From the human T2T-CHM13v2.0 reference genome, Homo sapiens, in the NCBI RefSeq assembly GCF_009914755.1, contig NC_060932.1: a DNA stretch of 64,000 bases, one strand, 5' to 3'. Under the pieces are notes generated by a model. The model was not told where the DNA came from. It saw only the letters and a list, made by a program, of their open reading frames with translations, and ran no database searches. Position numbers and translations under genes: made by a program. Below are positions 14,188 to 29,324 of this stretch, in pieces. The first letter of the stretch is position 1, and every line of letters starts with the position of its first letter.

Positions 14188-15226
14188 GAGGCTGGCAGCC
14201 AAGATGGCCGAATAGGAACAGCTCCGGTCTACAGGTCTACAGCTCCCAGCATGAGCGATGCAGAAGACGGGTGATTTCTGCATTTCCATCTGAGGTACCG
14301 GGTTCATCTCACTAGGGAGTGCCAGACAGTGGGCGCAGGACAGTGGGTGCAGCGCACCGTGTGCGAGCTGAAGCAGGGTGAGGCATTGCCTCACTCAGGA
14401 AGCACAAGGGGTCAGGGAGTTACCTTTCCTAGTCAAAGAAAGGGGTGACAGACAGCACCTGGAAAATCGGGTCAGTCCCACCTTAATACTGCGCCTTTCC
14501 AACGGGCTTAAAAAACGGTGCACCAGGAGATTATATCCCGCACCTGGCTTGGAGGGTCCTACGCCCACGGAGTCTCGCTGATTGCTAGCACAGCAGTCTG
14601 AGATCAAACTGCAAGGCGGCAGCGAGGCTGGGGGAGGGGCGCCCACCATTGCCCAGCTTGCTTAGGTAAACAAAGCAGCTGTGAAGCTCGAACTGGGTGG
14701 AGCCCACCATAGCTCAAGGAGGCCTTCATGCCTCTGTAGGCTCCACTTCTGGGGGCAGGGCACAGACAAACAAAAAGACAGCAGTAACCTCTGCAGACTT
14801 AAATCTCCCTGTCTGACAGCTTTGAAGGAGCAGTGTTTCTTCAAGCACACAGCTTGAGATCTGAGAACGGGCAGACTGCCTCCTCAAATGGGTCCCTGAC
14901 CCCTGACCCCCAAGCAGCCTAACTGGGAGGCACCCTGCAGTAGGGGCAGACTGACACCTCACATGGCCGGGTACTCCTCTGAGACAAAACTTCCAGAGGA
15001 ACGATCAGACAGCAGCATTCGCGGTTCACGAAAATCCGCTGTTCTGCAGCCACCGCCACTGGTACCCAGGCAAACAGGGTCTGGAGTGGACCTCTAGCAA
15101 ACTCCAACACACCTGCAGCTGAGGGTCCTGTCTGTTAGAAGGAAAACAAACAGAAAGGACATCCACACCAGAGACCCATGTGTACATCACCATCATCAAA
15201 GACCAAAAGTAGATAAAACCACAAAG
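14188..15226. promoter_or_regulatory. L1 5'UTR with internal sense promoter and antisense promoter region
   Basis: YY1 motif CAAGATGGCCG at 14200-14210; partly retained CpGs; homologous to the L1 bidirectional promoter. Activity of this copy is unknown. Confidence 0.75.
14395..14649 (-). CDS. LINE-1 ORF0 (antisense 5'UTR ORF), open, 84 aa
   Basis: MVGAPPPASLPPCSLISDCCASNQRDSVGVGPSKPG matches primate L1 ORF0; true ATG in strong Kozak context (GCAATGG); both donor positions (+106, +191 nt) retain GT. Expression not shown. Confidence 0.7.
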   Translation of the reverse strand: MVGAPPPASLPPCSLISDCCASNQRDSVGVGPSKPGAGYNLLVHRFLSPLERRSIKVGLTRFSRCCLSPLSLTRKGNSLTPCAS

Positions 15227-16243
15227 ATGGGGAAAAAACAGAGCAGAAAAACTGGAAACTCTAAAAAACAGAGCACCTCTCCTCTTGCAAAGGAATGCAG
15301 TTCCTCACCAGCAAAGGAACAAAGCTGGACGGAGAATGACTTTGACGAGTTGAGAGAATAAGGCTTCAGACGATCAAACTACTCTGAGCTACAGGAGGAA
15401 ATTCAAACCAAAGGCAAAGAAGTTAAAAACTTTGAAAAAAATTTAGACGAATGTTTAACTAGAATAACCAATACAGAGAAGTGCTTAAAGAGGCTGATGG
15501 AGCTGAAAGCCAAGGCTCGAGAACTAGGTGAAGAATGCAGAAGCCTCAGGAGCCGATGCAATCAACTGGAAGAAAGGGTATCAGTGATGGAAGATGAAAT
15601 GAACGAAATGAAGCGAGAAGGGAAGTTTAGAGAAAAAAGAATAAAAAGAAACAAACAAAGCCTCCAAGAAATATGGGACTATGTGAAAAGACCAAATCTA
15701 CGTCTGATTGGTGTACCTGAAAGTAACGGGGAGAGTGGAACCAAGTTGGAAAACACTCTGCAGGATATTATCCAGGCGAACATCCCCAATCTAGCAAGGC
15801 AGGCCAACATTCAGATTCAGGAAATACAGAGAGCGCCACAAAGATACTCCTCGAGAAGAGCAACTCCAAGACACTTAATTGTCAGATTCACCAAAGTTGA
15901 AATGGAGGAAAAAATGTTAAGGGCAGCCAGAGAGAAAGGTCGGGTTACCCACAAAGGGAAGCCCATCAGACTAACAGCTGATCTCTCGGCAGAAACTCTA
16001 CAAGCCAGAAGAGAGTGGGGGCCAATATTCAACATTCTTAAAGAAAAGAATTTTTAACCCAGAATTTCATATCCAGCCAAACTAAGCTTCATAAGTGAAG
16101 GAGAAATAAAATACTTTACAGACAAGCAAATGCTGAGAGATTTTGTCACCACCAGGCCTGCCCTAAAAGAGCTCTTGAAGGAAGCACTAAACATGGAAAG
16201 GAAAAACCGGTACCAGCCACTGCAAAAACATGCCAAATTGTAA
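15227..16243 (+). pseudogene. L1 ORF1p (RNA-binding chaperone), disrupted
   Basis: ATG GGG AAA AAA CAG start and 338-codon span; in-frame TAA at 15359-15361 and 16055-16057. Confidence 0.95.
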
Positions 16244-16306
16244 AGACCATCAAGGCTAGGAAGAAACTGCATGAACTAATGAGCAAAATAACCAGCTAAC
16301 ATCATA

Positions 16307-20091
<3,785 letters not shown>

Positions 20092-20334
20092 ACAATGAGA
20101 ACACATGCACTCAGGAAGGGGAACATCATACTCTGGGGACTGTTTTGGGGTAGGGGAAGGGGGAGGGATAGCATTAGGAGATATACGTAAAGCTAAATGA
20201 CGAGTTAATGGGTGCAGTACACCAGCATGGCACATGTATACATATGTAACTAACCTGCACATTGTGCACATGTACCCTAAAACTTAAAGTATAATAATAA
20301 TAAAAGAAAAAAAAGAAAAAAAAGAAACAAACCC

Positions 20335-20410
20335 AAATTCCCACATCTAGTAAGTGATAGAGCCAGAATTCAAAACTGTTTATCTGATATAAACCCATGC
20401 ACTCACGCCA
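20335..20410 (-). mobile_element. MIR relic that received the full-length L1 insertion
   Basis: CACATCTAGTAAGTGATAGAGCCAGAATTCAAA resembles MIR; similarity appears to continue across the TSD at about 14160. Confidence 0.55.
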
Positions 20411-20819
20411 TGCCATCATGCTGGCTCCTGGTCTTCTGTAGTTGGTGTACCAGTCAAACATTGAGACTGGCCTTCATGTGTAAGATTTCCTCTGGTTAGG
20501 CTTTGGTTGTCAAACATGGCTTCCAGCTTTAAGGAACTCACATAAAAGCAATCACAATGGATAATAAAAGGGAAACTCAGACTCATTTAGACTCCCATTC
20601 CTCTTCTCCCTATTCTTCAGTTTGCTTTCTCTGTTCCAGCTACAGTGATCTCCCTTTCTCATGATGAACCTACTGGGCATGCTGCCACTCCAGATCTTTT
20701 CAGTTGCTGCTGTCTCCACTTGACGGAAACGCTGTGTAGCGTTGTTCAGGTTGTGCAATAAAACATGCATGATAGCTGAACATGGTAGCCATGATGCCTA
20801 CAATTCCCTTCCCTTACAA

Positions 20820-21080
20820 TATCCACTGGCTCTCTCCTTGACTTTCTTCAGGATTATGTTTGCTGTCATTTTCTCTTAAAACAGCCCCTGGCATCCCCAA
20901 TCCTTTGTACTCAGTTCTGCTTTCCTCACCTTTTTTATTCTAACATAGGATAATATTTAACTTACTTTCTTTGTTTATTCTTTATTTTCTCTCCCAGTGA
21001 AAGCTCCAGGGAAGACAGGTCTTCTTTACTGTTGTTGTTGTTCATTGATATTCCCCAGTGCTGGGTAGAGGATTTGGAAC
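20820..21080 (+). mobile_element. L2 3' relic
   Basis: AAGCTCCAGGGAAGACAGG...GTTCATTGATATTCCCCAGTGC resembles the L2 3' end. Confidence 0.55.
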
Positions 21081-22699
21081 AATATCTTCCAGTCTCTTTC
21101 TTTGAATTTCAGTACGTCTAGCAGCCATATCTGAAGGGGTTGGGAGTAAAGTATACACAATCTAATTAACAACACCTGTAATAAGCACCTTTACTCACTT
21201 CTTTTGGTGAATTCTCCTTCTTTTTGTTTCTCTAATCATAAAGGATCTCAGCTCTTTGTTATTTTGAAATCTGCATTATATATATATATGTATAGAAAAG
21301 TTCGGGGAATGAGGATTGTGGCTAAACGTAGAATAACAATTGCATGTGTGAGTGAGTGTATGTATGTAATTGCATGTGTAAAAGAGAGAGAGGGAGAGAC
21401 ATTGAGAGTTGTGGTATTTATTGGAAAGGGTGTGAGATGCTGAATTTGGCCAGATGTTAATAAAATCTGTAATATATCTATTGGACCAAGCTAAATATGT
21501 GGTGGCAAATATGCTTTGAGACACTGAATTATCCAATGCAGTTCCCAGGCAGTGCTCTTACTGTTGGTGCTGCTATTTTGGAGAGTTTCTTGGAAGCTGA
21601 AATAGATTCTGCTCATTCCTTCCTGTAAGATTTCTTTTTTTTTTTTTTTCCACCAGAAAAACTTAAGAGATTGTCCATAAATCAAATAGAAAGGAAGTGA
21701 GAAGTAGAACAAGGGATTCTGTGATCCCTGTGGATTTTCCCTGCATTTTTACTCTCTAAATATATTGAAAGATCAGTTCTATTTCTTTGAATCATTTTTC
21801 TTAACCAAAGGAAACAATATCTCACTGCTATTTCAAAGAATTGATTAATTTTGCATAATCTGGGCAGATAAGAAAATCAAGTTCAGTGCTGAGGAGCATT
21901 GAAAAGAGTTGTGCAGCCAAGTGTCCTTGCTGTACAATTCAGTGTTGATGCCAATCTTTTAACTGCCTTTGAAGTGGAGCTGAAGAGCCTTATAATAAAG
22001 ATAATAAGGCTATGAAATTTAGACTCTGTACTGGCTGAAATTGGATAATTAGTTTAGGATTTCTTAAATTATGTGGGAGGTGGCGGTAGAGAAAAATAAA
22101 AAGAATAAGAACCTGATTCTCAGCAGCACAAGCTAATAATTTAATCTATATAGATTGATGAATATTCACTGTATGCCCAGGAAATACTAACTACTTTGTG
22201 CAGAGATTAACTGGGTCTGGTTCAGGACAGAAAAAGAGGTTATGGTGCAGAAAAGTATCCAACATGAAACAACCTCCCTTTAGAAGACAGGAGAACAATA
22301 AAAAGTCACAAAAAAGCATACACTTTATTATGCTGATTTGATATTGCTAGCTTTTTGAATGTGTTCATCTATCTTTTCCTTTTGTTTTGTTCCTTCAATA
22401 ATCTCATGTCTATATGTAAAGGAGATCTGATAAATTAAAGACAAAATGACAACAAATAAACTATACCCAGAAAAGTTTTCCTGTTATTTGCCTTTGCTTT
22501 TGGTGCTACTATACAATTTTCCTAATAACTTACCATAATAATAGCGGTAACTTCAAGTTTATATCATTGTTGAAAAAACTATAACATCTTTATGTGATCG
22601 CTTAACCCCCTAATCCCTGCTGCCTCTCCATCACCTTTCTGTCTCTCTTTATTTACCTCAGCTTTAGAATTTCTCTTAAATATCATTGTAGATGTAGAC

Positions 22700-23010
22700 T
22701 TTCTTTTTTTAAATCAACTTTTATTTTAAGTTCCGAGGTACATGTGTAGGTTGTGTAGGCTTGTTACATAGGTAAAGTGCCATGATGCTTTGCTGCACAG
22801 ATCAACCCATCACTCAGGTATTAAGGCCAGCATCCGTTAGCTCATCTTCCTGTTGCTCTCCCTGCCCCTAGTGTGTGTTGTACCCCTCACCCCACATGTC
22901 CATGGGTTCTCATCATTTGGCTCCCACTTACAAGAGAGAACATGTGGTGTTCCTGCATTGGTTTCGTGTTCCTGCATTAGTTTGCTGATAATGACTTCCA
23001 GCTTCATCCA
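22700..23010 (-). mobile_element. Short older L1PA 3' end (approx. L1PA13-15)
   Basis: CAACTTTTATTTTAAGTTCC...GGTACATGTG, GCTGCACAGATCAACCCATCAC. Confidence 0.85.
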
Positions 23011-26000
23011 GACTTTCTACGATAGAGAAGACCTTATTTTTTGCATAGTTACTTTTAAATGTGCAGAAAGCATCTTGGAATCCAAAACAAACCATCCCAG
23101 ATCTATTTTGTAAATGTATAAAAATCAGACAACTGACTTGTATTGTCCACCTAATGAATGTAATAAACTAGCTTTGTGTTTCAAGCTCAAGATGGAAAGT
23201 AATAGGTCTGTCCTCATCTCCTCCGAATGATGCAGGTATCACTAAGATGAGATTTGAGGTAAGTGATCCTTTACTTCACCTGCAGCATTGTATGTGGAGC
23301 CGGTTGTGTGAAACAAATCTTAATATCTCAGAGATAAAAAAGGGAATTATGTATGGTGGAAACAATTTTCAAAATGTAGATAATCTGCTGGAGAGATAAA
23401 ATTGTATTACTTTTTTCTTAAGGAAAGACAACATTAGAGTAAGTGTATATGAAATCTCTCAAAAATGATTTAGATTCCTTTTTAATCAAATTACCAAAAT
23501 GTAAGCCTATCTAAATTCACAATATTTTGTTTTTGAAATCTCTCTTTTGAAATTGTTCTCAGAGCAATAAGCACACTTTAAAAAATTATTTCAGCCTAAT
23601 GATAGCAAATCTTCACCTTTTGAGCAAGGGAGTTGATTTTCAGAAATAGCCAAAATTTTTACCACATATAAATAATGGCATCAGTTATCCCTAATATTAT
23701 TTTTAATGAAAAATAGTTGGTGAATATTTAGTATTGAATTTAAGATTTTTTTAGTAGTACAAATACTGTTCACAAAGACAATTTCAAACATTTCTTTGAA
23801 TTATGATTGAAATGAGGAGTATTTGTTTCTTGCATCATAGACCCACTGTGCCCTTTTTAGTGGAAAGTCTTTTGTTGCTAAGAGGGAAAGTTTCAAAGCA
23901 AAAAGAAGACAGTGTTAGTGGGGACACCTTTCTTGTTATATTTCTTCAGTGAGTCACCTTGAGGAGTTTACATGACATTAGGGCAGTCTGCAATATAAGT
24001 CCGCAATATAAGGTTTATATGATGGCCATGAAAATTCATATATCATTTTTTCCCCTCTGAGCTTTGTTATGTTTGAAATGACAGTCATCCCATTAAGAAA
24101 AATTATTCTATTTAAAATCTTCAGGTCCGGTGCAAATAAAAACAATGAGTGGTAAATAACTTAAATTTTACTTTGTGTCAATGGGTAGGCCTTTGCAGAC
24201 AAACAAAATTGGTTACTGCTCTGAGTCAGTTTTTCTCCCATGGGTCAGAAAGAGATTATAGATAATAAGTGCTGATTTTAATATTAATTTACAGAAGTAA
24301 ATAAAGTCATTTTTTCTTTGAAATGGTATCTTCCTTTGCAGGTTTTGTTGAATGTTGATGCAATATCATTTGCCATAAATTTGGTTCTGGGCATAGTCTT
24401 TCAAGTAGGAGGGAGAATTTTTGTTTGGCACCTGAAGCCAGTTGTTTATTGGTGTGTGTGTGAGCATGAAAAGCAATTCCAGGGGGTGGGAGGAGATACA
24501 AAAAATTAACCTCTCATTTTGGAGGTTATACAAAATCCAATTGACATTTTTAAAAACATCTAATTCCATGCACGCAGGTACTTTCTGGGCTCAAACTGGC
24601 AGTCAAATATCACAAGAAAGGTTATTCTTGTTATTTCAAAACCTGCTTGAACCAAGAAGCATTGTGTGTCCTTGGGGAGGGGGTATGGGTTCTAATTAAG
24701 CTCATCGTGGTTTTCTGTTTAATTAATTAATTACTTAATGTTTGTCAAGTGATTTGAAGATGCTAAATGAAATGTATGTGCTGCTTAGTATTATTCATGA
24801 AAAGCAAATAAGACATTAATCCTTTTCATTTCCTCCTAAGTATGTTACCTAAGCTGGCTAACTTTTATGAGCCCTAAGTACAGTTGCCCTCTTATAGATT
24901 TGTAAAATGCGTAATACAAAGAAAATGTGTAAATTCGAGCACAGTTTCTAAGAACTAGATGATATATGTTGCTCTATCATTTTAGCTAGCCTATGTTCTC
25001 TAATTTTATCAGTGATAAGTTGTCTACATAGAATAAAATATAAGGGGTGTGTACGTGTCTAGCGGTGTTTTACAGTGTTCTTGGCATTAAGTAAACTTGA
25101 GAATTGTATGAGAACCTTGAATTTATGCACTAATCTAAAAGGATGCACTAATCTAAAAGGCTGGTATGAATGGAGAATTGTTTTTCCTTGGTACCTTTCA
25201 CTGAAAATTTTAAATAGAGTAGATATTTTCCCATATATTCCACTTAATGCTGTTAGTAATAAAAGGAAAGTTCAGTCTATTTGGAGTCAGTTAAATTCTG
25301 GACCTTGCTGTGACAGTGCTCGTGAATATAGAACCAAAGAAAAATACTTGTGACTTAAAAAACACACATGCATATGACCGTGTAGAAAATGAAGGGTGAC
25401 TATGACAGCTTACAACTTTTTGGGGCTCTCCCCAAACCATGTCTTCCATTCATCACTAGATGTTTCAGTACCAAGAGACACCAAAATACACCAAAAGAGC
25501 AGCTTAGTAGCAATTTTTGAGATGTTGAAACATGTTATCTTTGTTATTGAACCTAGTATAGCTGCAAATCATGCTTTAAATATAAAATTGCAGAAGGTTT
25601 TGCAACTTATAAATCTTTTCTTGTCATTTTATGTTTCTGGTGTTAAATTTTGCTGTGTTAATGTCATCTTCACTTGGTAATATTTACAGCACCTAAATCA
25701 ATGCTGAAGACACACAGAATATTGAAGGATCAACTCTACTTCTTCGAAATATACTTTAATACTTTCACTGCCAAACCAGAGTTCAAGAAATAACTGCGGT
25801 GGAATGATAATGAGAAGTTTAACAGTTTTATGATGGTTGAAGCTGACTTTATGAAAGTTGATAAATTTCATCTTGTAGGTTTCAATTTCTCATTCCCTAC
25901 CGAGAGATGGGGAGAATACATTGACACTGCATTTCAAATTGGCTAGATCAGAAGGAACAGCAGCTAAAATCCATTACAACCCAATTACATCCATCAGCTG

Positions 26001-27129
26001 AAGCTGTGTGCATTCACTTGTGAACATCAGCATTTAATCCATAAAGAGGAACTAATGAGAAATTTGAAAATGGAATCCACGCATCAGTAAGTTTAGAGAG
26101 ATTTTTCTGGGATTAATGATCTGCCAGAGCATCTTCAGCATTCTGGAAAGCTATTCTCTCTGGGTTTGTTTACTGACCAAGAGAAAAAAAAAGGGGGTTT
26201 CCTTCTGTCTGCTCATCAAATATTTGAAAGACTACTCATTTCAGTCCTTGAAAATGGGATACCGTGAGCTTTGGAAGTAAGGTACGTGTTGGTGAACACT
26301 GTTGTCATTGAACAGGAAAAATTAAATTATTAGGTGAGAAGTTTCCACCTAGAGATTAGTAACAAGTAGCCTGAACAAATTATTTTACCTGTATAGATGC
26401 TAAGACAGATGTGTTCTTTTAATTTAAGACCTGAGAGCATGTTTAGAGTTGCACGTAATGGCAATAATTCTATGTTGTAGAAATAGAGAAATAGTTTTTA
26501 TTTTTCACTTTTGGTGATTGCATGGATAGAAATAAATATTCCTCTTGTCGAATTGCAATTGCTTAAAGAGTAACAAGGAAGCTTAGAGAGAGTAGAGTAT
26601 AAACTTGTTAACAATTGCATAACTTCACATGTACAATTTCTGAGTTAATAAACATATAGTTTGTGAAAAGTTAACACTGGATGAAGCTTTAGAATGCTGT
26701 GCAATTTCTTCTCATCTGGTGAAAACGGTTTCTGTAAGCATACAATTTAGGGATGTTACTATATCCGAGGTCTGGCAAATGTAGTCATCAGATTAAATAA
26801 ATGTATATGTGGACTGTGGGGGATTGGATCCCCATGTTTGGAAAGTAATTTGGTTCAATTTGTTGCTCTTTGGAGAGAAGGTAAGTGTGTAGATTTCATA
26901 TTCAAATTACATCAGACAGTATGACTTGTTCCTCTGTTTCTATAGTTCCTGAAGTATGCCTCTCTAAGTGTGAATACAGCACCTCATGATATTGATGGCT
27001 TTAATGGAGGTTAAAACATAAGAAATTAGAGTTGTTATTTTTTTTTGCTTATGCAAAATTTCAGAGAGAAGTTTAATTTCATTCTATCTTTAGAAAAATA
27101 AATAGCAAAGGGAATACACAGAAGTGTGA

Positions 27130-27440
27130 CCCTTGTATTCTGGGCACAGGGAAGCCATTGGAGGATTTTTAGTGGAGAGATAACACACAGGTATTAGAAG
27201 GATTACTCTGGCTGCAGTGGAGACTAGATTGGGGTAAGATTGTAAATGGAGAGTGCAGAGAGAACAATGAGGCTTTTTCTGTTTTTAAAGGAAGAGAGTA
27301 TTGGTGGTGGCAACAATATTGGGAGAGGAGACATGTTGAAGGATATATGAGAAGTAGAGCTGACAGAACTTGGTTGTTGAAATACCGGATGTTGTTTTTA
27401 GAGCAAGTGGGTTATTGGTGGTTCCATTTACTGCGAGAGA
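27130..27440 (-). mobile_element. L2 relic
   Basis: GGGAAGCCATTGGAGGATTTT...ATTACTCTGGCTGCAGTG typical of reverse L2. Confidence 0.65.
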
Positions 27441-27464
27441 GGTACTGGGTAAAAGGGGATTAGT

Positions 27465-27890
27465 CATGGGAGTCCAGGCTATCTTCTTGGCCTTTGCTGA
27501 TGGGCATGGGTACAGGGCTGTTATTTTTTTGTGGTATTGGTCTGCAGTAGGGTACCTATTACCTTAAAGTTTGTTTTGCTAGCCTTTGCCTTTTGTGTAT
27601 TTTGGCTTGAGAGAGCTGGCTTTCCATGGGGTGATTTTTGTGTGCTATTGTTGCTGTTTCCAAATTGCTAGCTTGCCATCACACAGTCTGAGATACATGA
27701 AGCAAAAAGCAAAATCAAGAAACTCATGTAATTCCTTGAGTTAAGGGTCTCAAATGGTATGTTTTTTTCCTCCAACTTTGGGAGTCCTTTTATGATTGTT
27801 TTATACCTAGTGTCCTGGATTTTTAGTTGTACTTAGAAGGAGGAGTAGGGAAATTTACTTCTACTCTATTTTGTTCTGAAACTGCAAGTA
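27465..27890 (-). mobile_element. Old L1M (L1MC-type) 5' end
   Basis: GATTTTTAGTTGTACTTAG...GGAGGAGTAGGGAAA...TACTCTATTTT resembles the reverse of an L1MC 5' end consensus. Confidence 0.6.
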
Positions 27891-28579
27891 ACTTAGGATT
27901 TCTTGAGCTAGAAACAATTATAAAAGAACTAAGGAGGAAGAGACTAATACAAAAAACAAAGTTCCATTACTGCCTGAAATACTGACCCTTCACATTTAAA
28001 ACTAAGATTATTATATATTTATCTAAGACTCACTTTTCCAAATTTCTAGCATTATCAGAAACACTAGTCTGTAAGTTCTGCTTCAAAAATAATCTGAAGA
28101 AAGGCCATAACTGTGTGTTAGGAATAAGAGTTCCATTATTCTAACATAAGATTAAGATTGCTCTGACTTATGATAAGAAAAGAAAAAATTATTGATTTTG
28201 ATAACATCTAAACATGACCAACATTTTATTAGAAAATCAAAACATTAGAGAGAAATTTAATATAATTTTAGTATAAAATCAAATAGGTGAACAAGCATGG
28301 AAAATACACATAAAAGGTAACTGGGACTCATTTGGTGGAAATACAAATTACAGCACATCAAGGCCATTGGTGAACAATTATTTATTAAGTGTATTTTTTC
28401 TGATTGAGCAGTTCTGTAAATATTTGTGTATGTACTTTTATTATTAAATATATTCAAATATTTACTCATATATAGTCTATGTTGCTATGGAAAGGAACAG
28501 AGATGAGAGAGAGAGAAACAGAGGAAAAGAGAGAGAATTAGTGGATTAAACAAGAAGGAAAAAAACATTAAAAAAATAA

Positions 28580-28840
28580 TTCCAGAGGAAGGTGGATGTT
28601 CCAGGATGGGTGAATGGCTCAGCTCCATGAAGTTCTGAGCAATTCTTTCTCATTGCTTTACCAGTTCTGAAGGGGTTGCTATTTTTTGCAAGGTCAAGTC
28701 TGGGTCAAGTCTGGCTTCCTGAAACTATAGCCTGGTGTTCCATCCTATAGAAAGGGGGAAAGAGAAAATGGATGTCAAGCATATGTTTCCAAGTAAGTCA
28801 CATGGATTTGTATACATCGTTTCTACACACATTTCGTTTG
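28580..28840 (-). mobile_element. Possible old MLT1 (MaLR) LTR fragment
   Basis: Weak resemblance only (GCTCAGCTCCATGAAGT, CATCGTTTCTACACACATTTC). Confidence 0.35.
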
Positions 28841-29109
28841 ATGATAACTTCTTTCCCTCACTGACCATTTCCCTAAGGATACTACCCCAAATTCCATTCA
28901 GCTACAGTATGCAACTAGAAATTTAGGATCTGTGAGTGATGTGCAATCCTTTCTATATGCTCCAGATTTGGCTCCTGGTTAACTAAGGGGATATAAACTA
29001 ATATCTGTTCCCACTCCTCACACATACCCAGTATGCAACAGATAGTTGCTTTAAACTCTCCCCATAAATAAAAGGAAGAATTAGAGGCACACCACAGAGT
29101 AGTCACAGG

Positions 29110-29324
29110 TTTTCAAGAAATCCTCTTGCCTCAGCCTCTTGAGTAGCTAGGACTACAGTGCATGCCACTATGATTGGCAAACTTTGTTATTTTTTTTTTT
29201 TTTTTGTAGATATGGGGTCTTGCTATGTTGCCTAGGCTCATCTTGAACTTCTGGGGTCAAGCAATCCTCCTGCCTTGGCCTCCCAAAGTGCTGGGATTAC
29301 AGGTGTGAGATGTGGTGCCCAGCC
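29110..29324 (-). mobile_element. AluJ lacking its 3' ~85 nt and poly(A) tail
   Basis: Complete left arm and linker, partial right arm; flanking repeat AGTAGTCA(C/T)AG at 29098-29108 and 29325-29335. Confidence 0.9.

Noticed and set aside
20552-20770. 72-aa minus ORF that looks protein-like (MHVLLHNLNNATQRFRQVETAATEK)
   Set aside because: No family recognised and no convincing donor; length is within chance expectation
25690-25793. Short frame after an acceptor (PKSMLKTHRILKDQLYFFEIYFNTFTAKPEFKK*)
   Set aside because: Weak pyrimidine tract and no recognisable homology; cannot support a CDS
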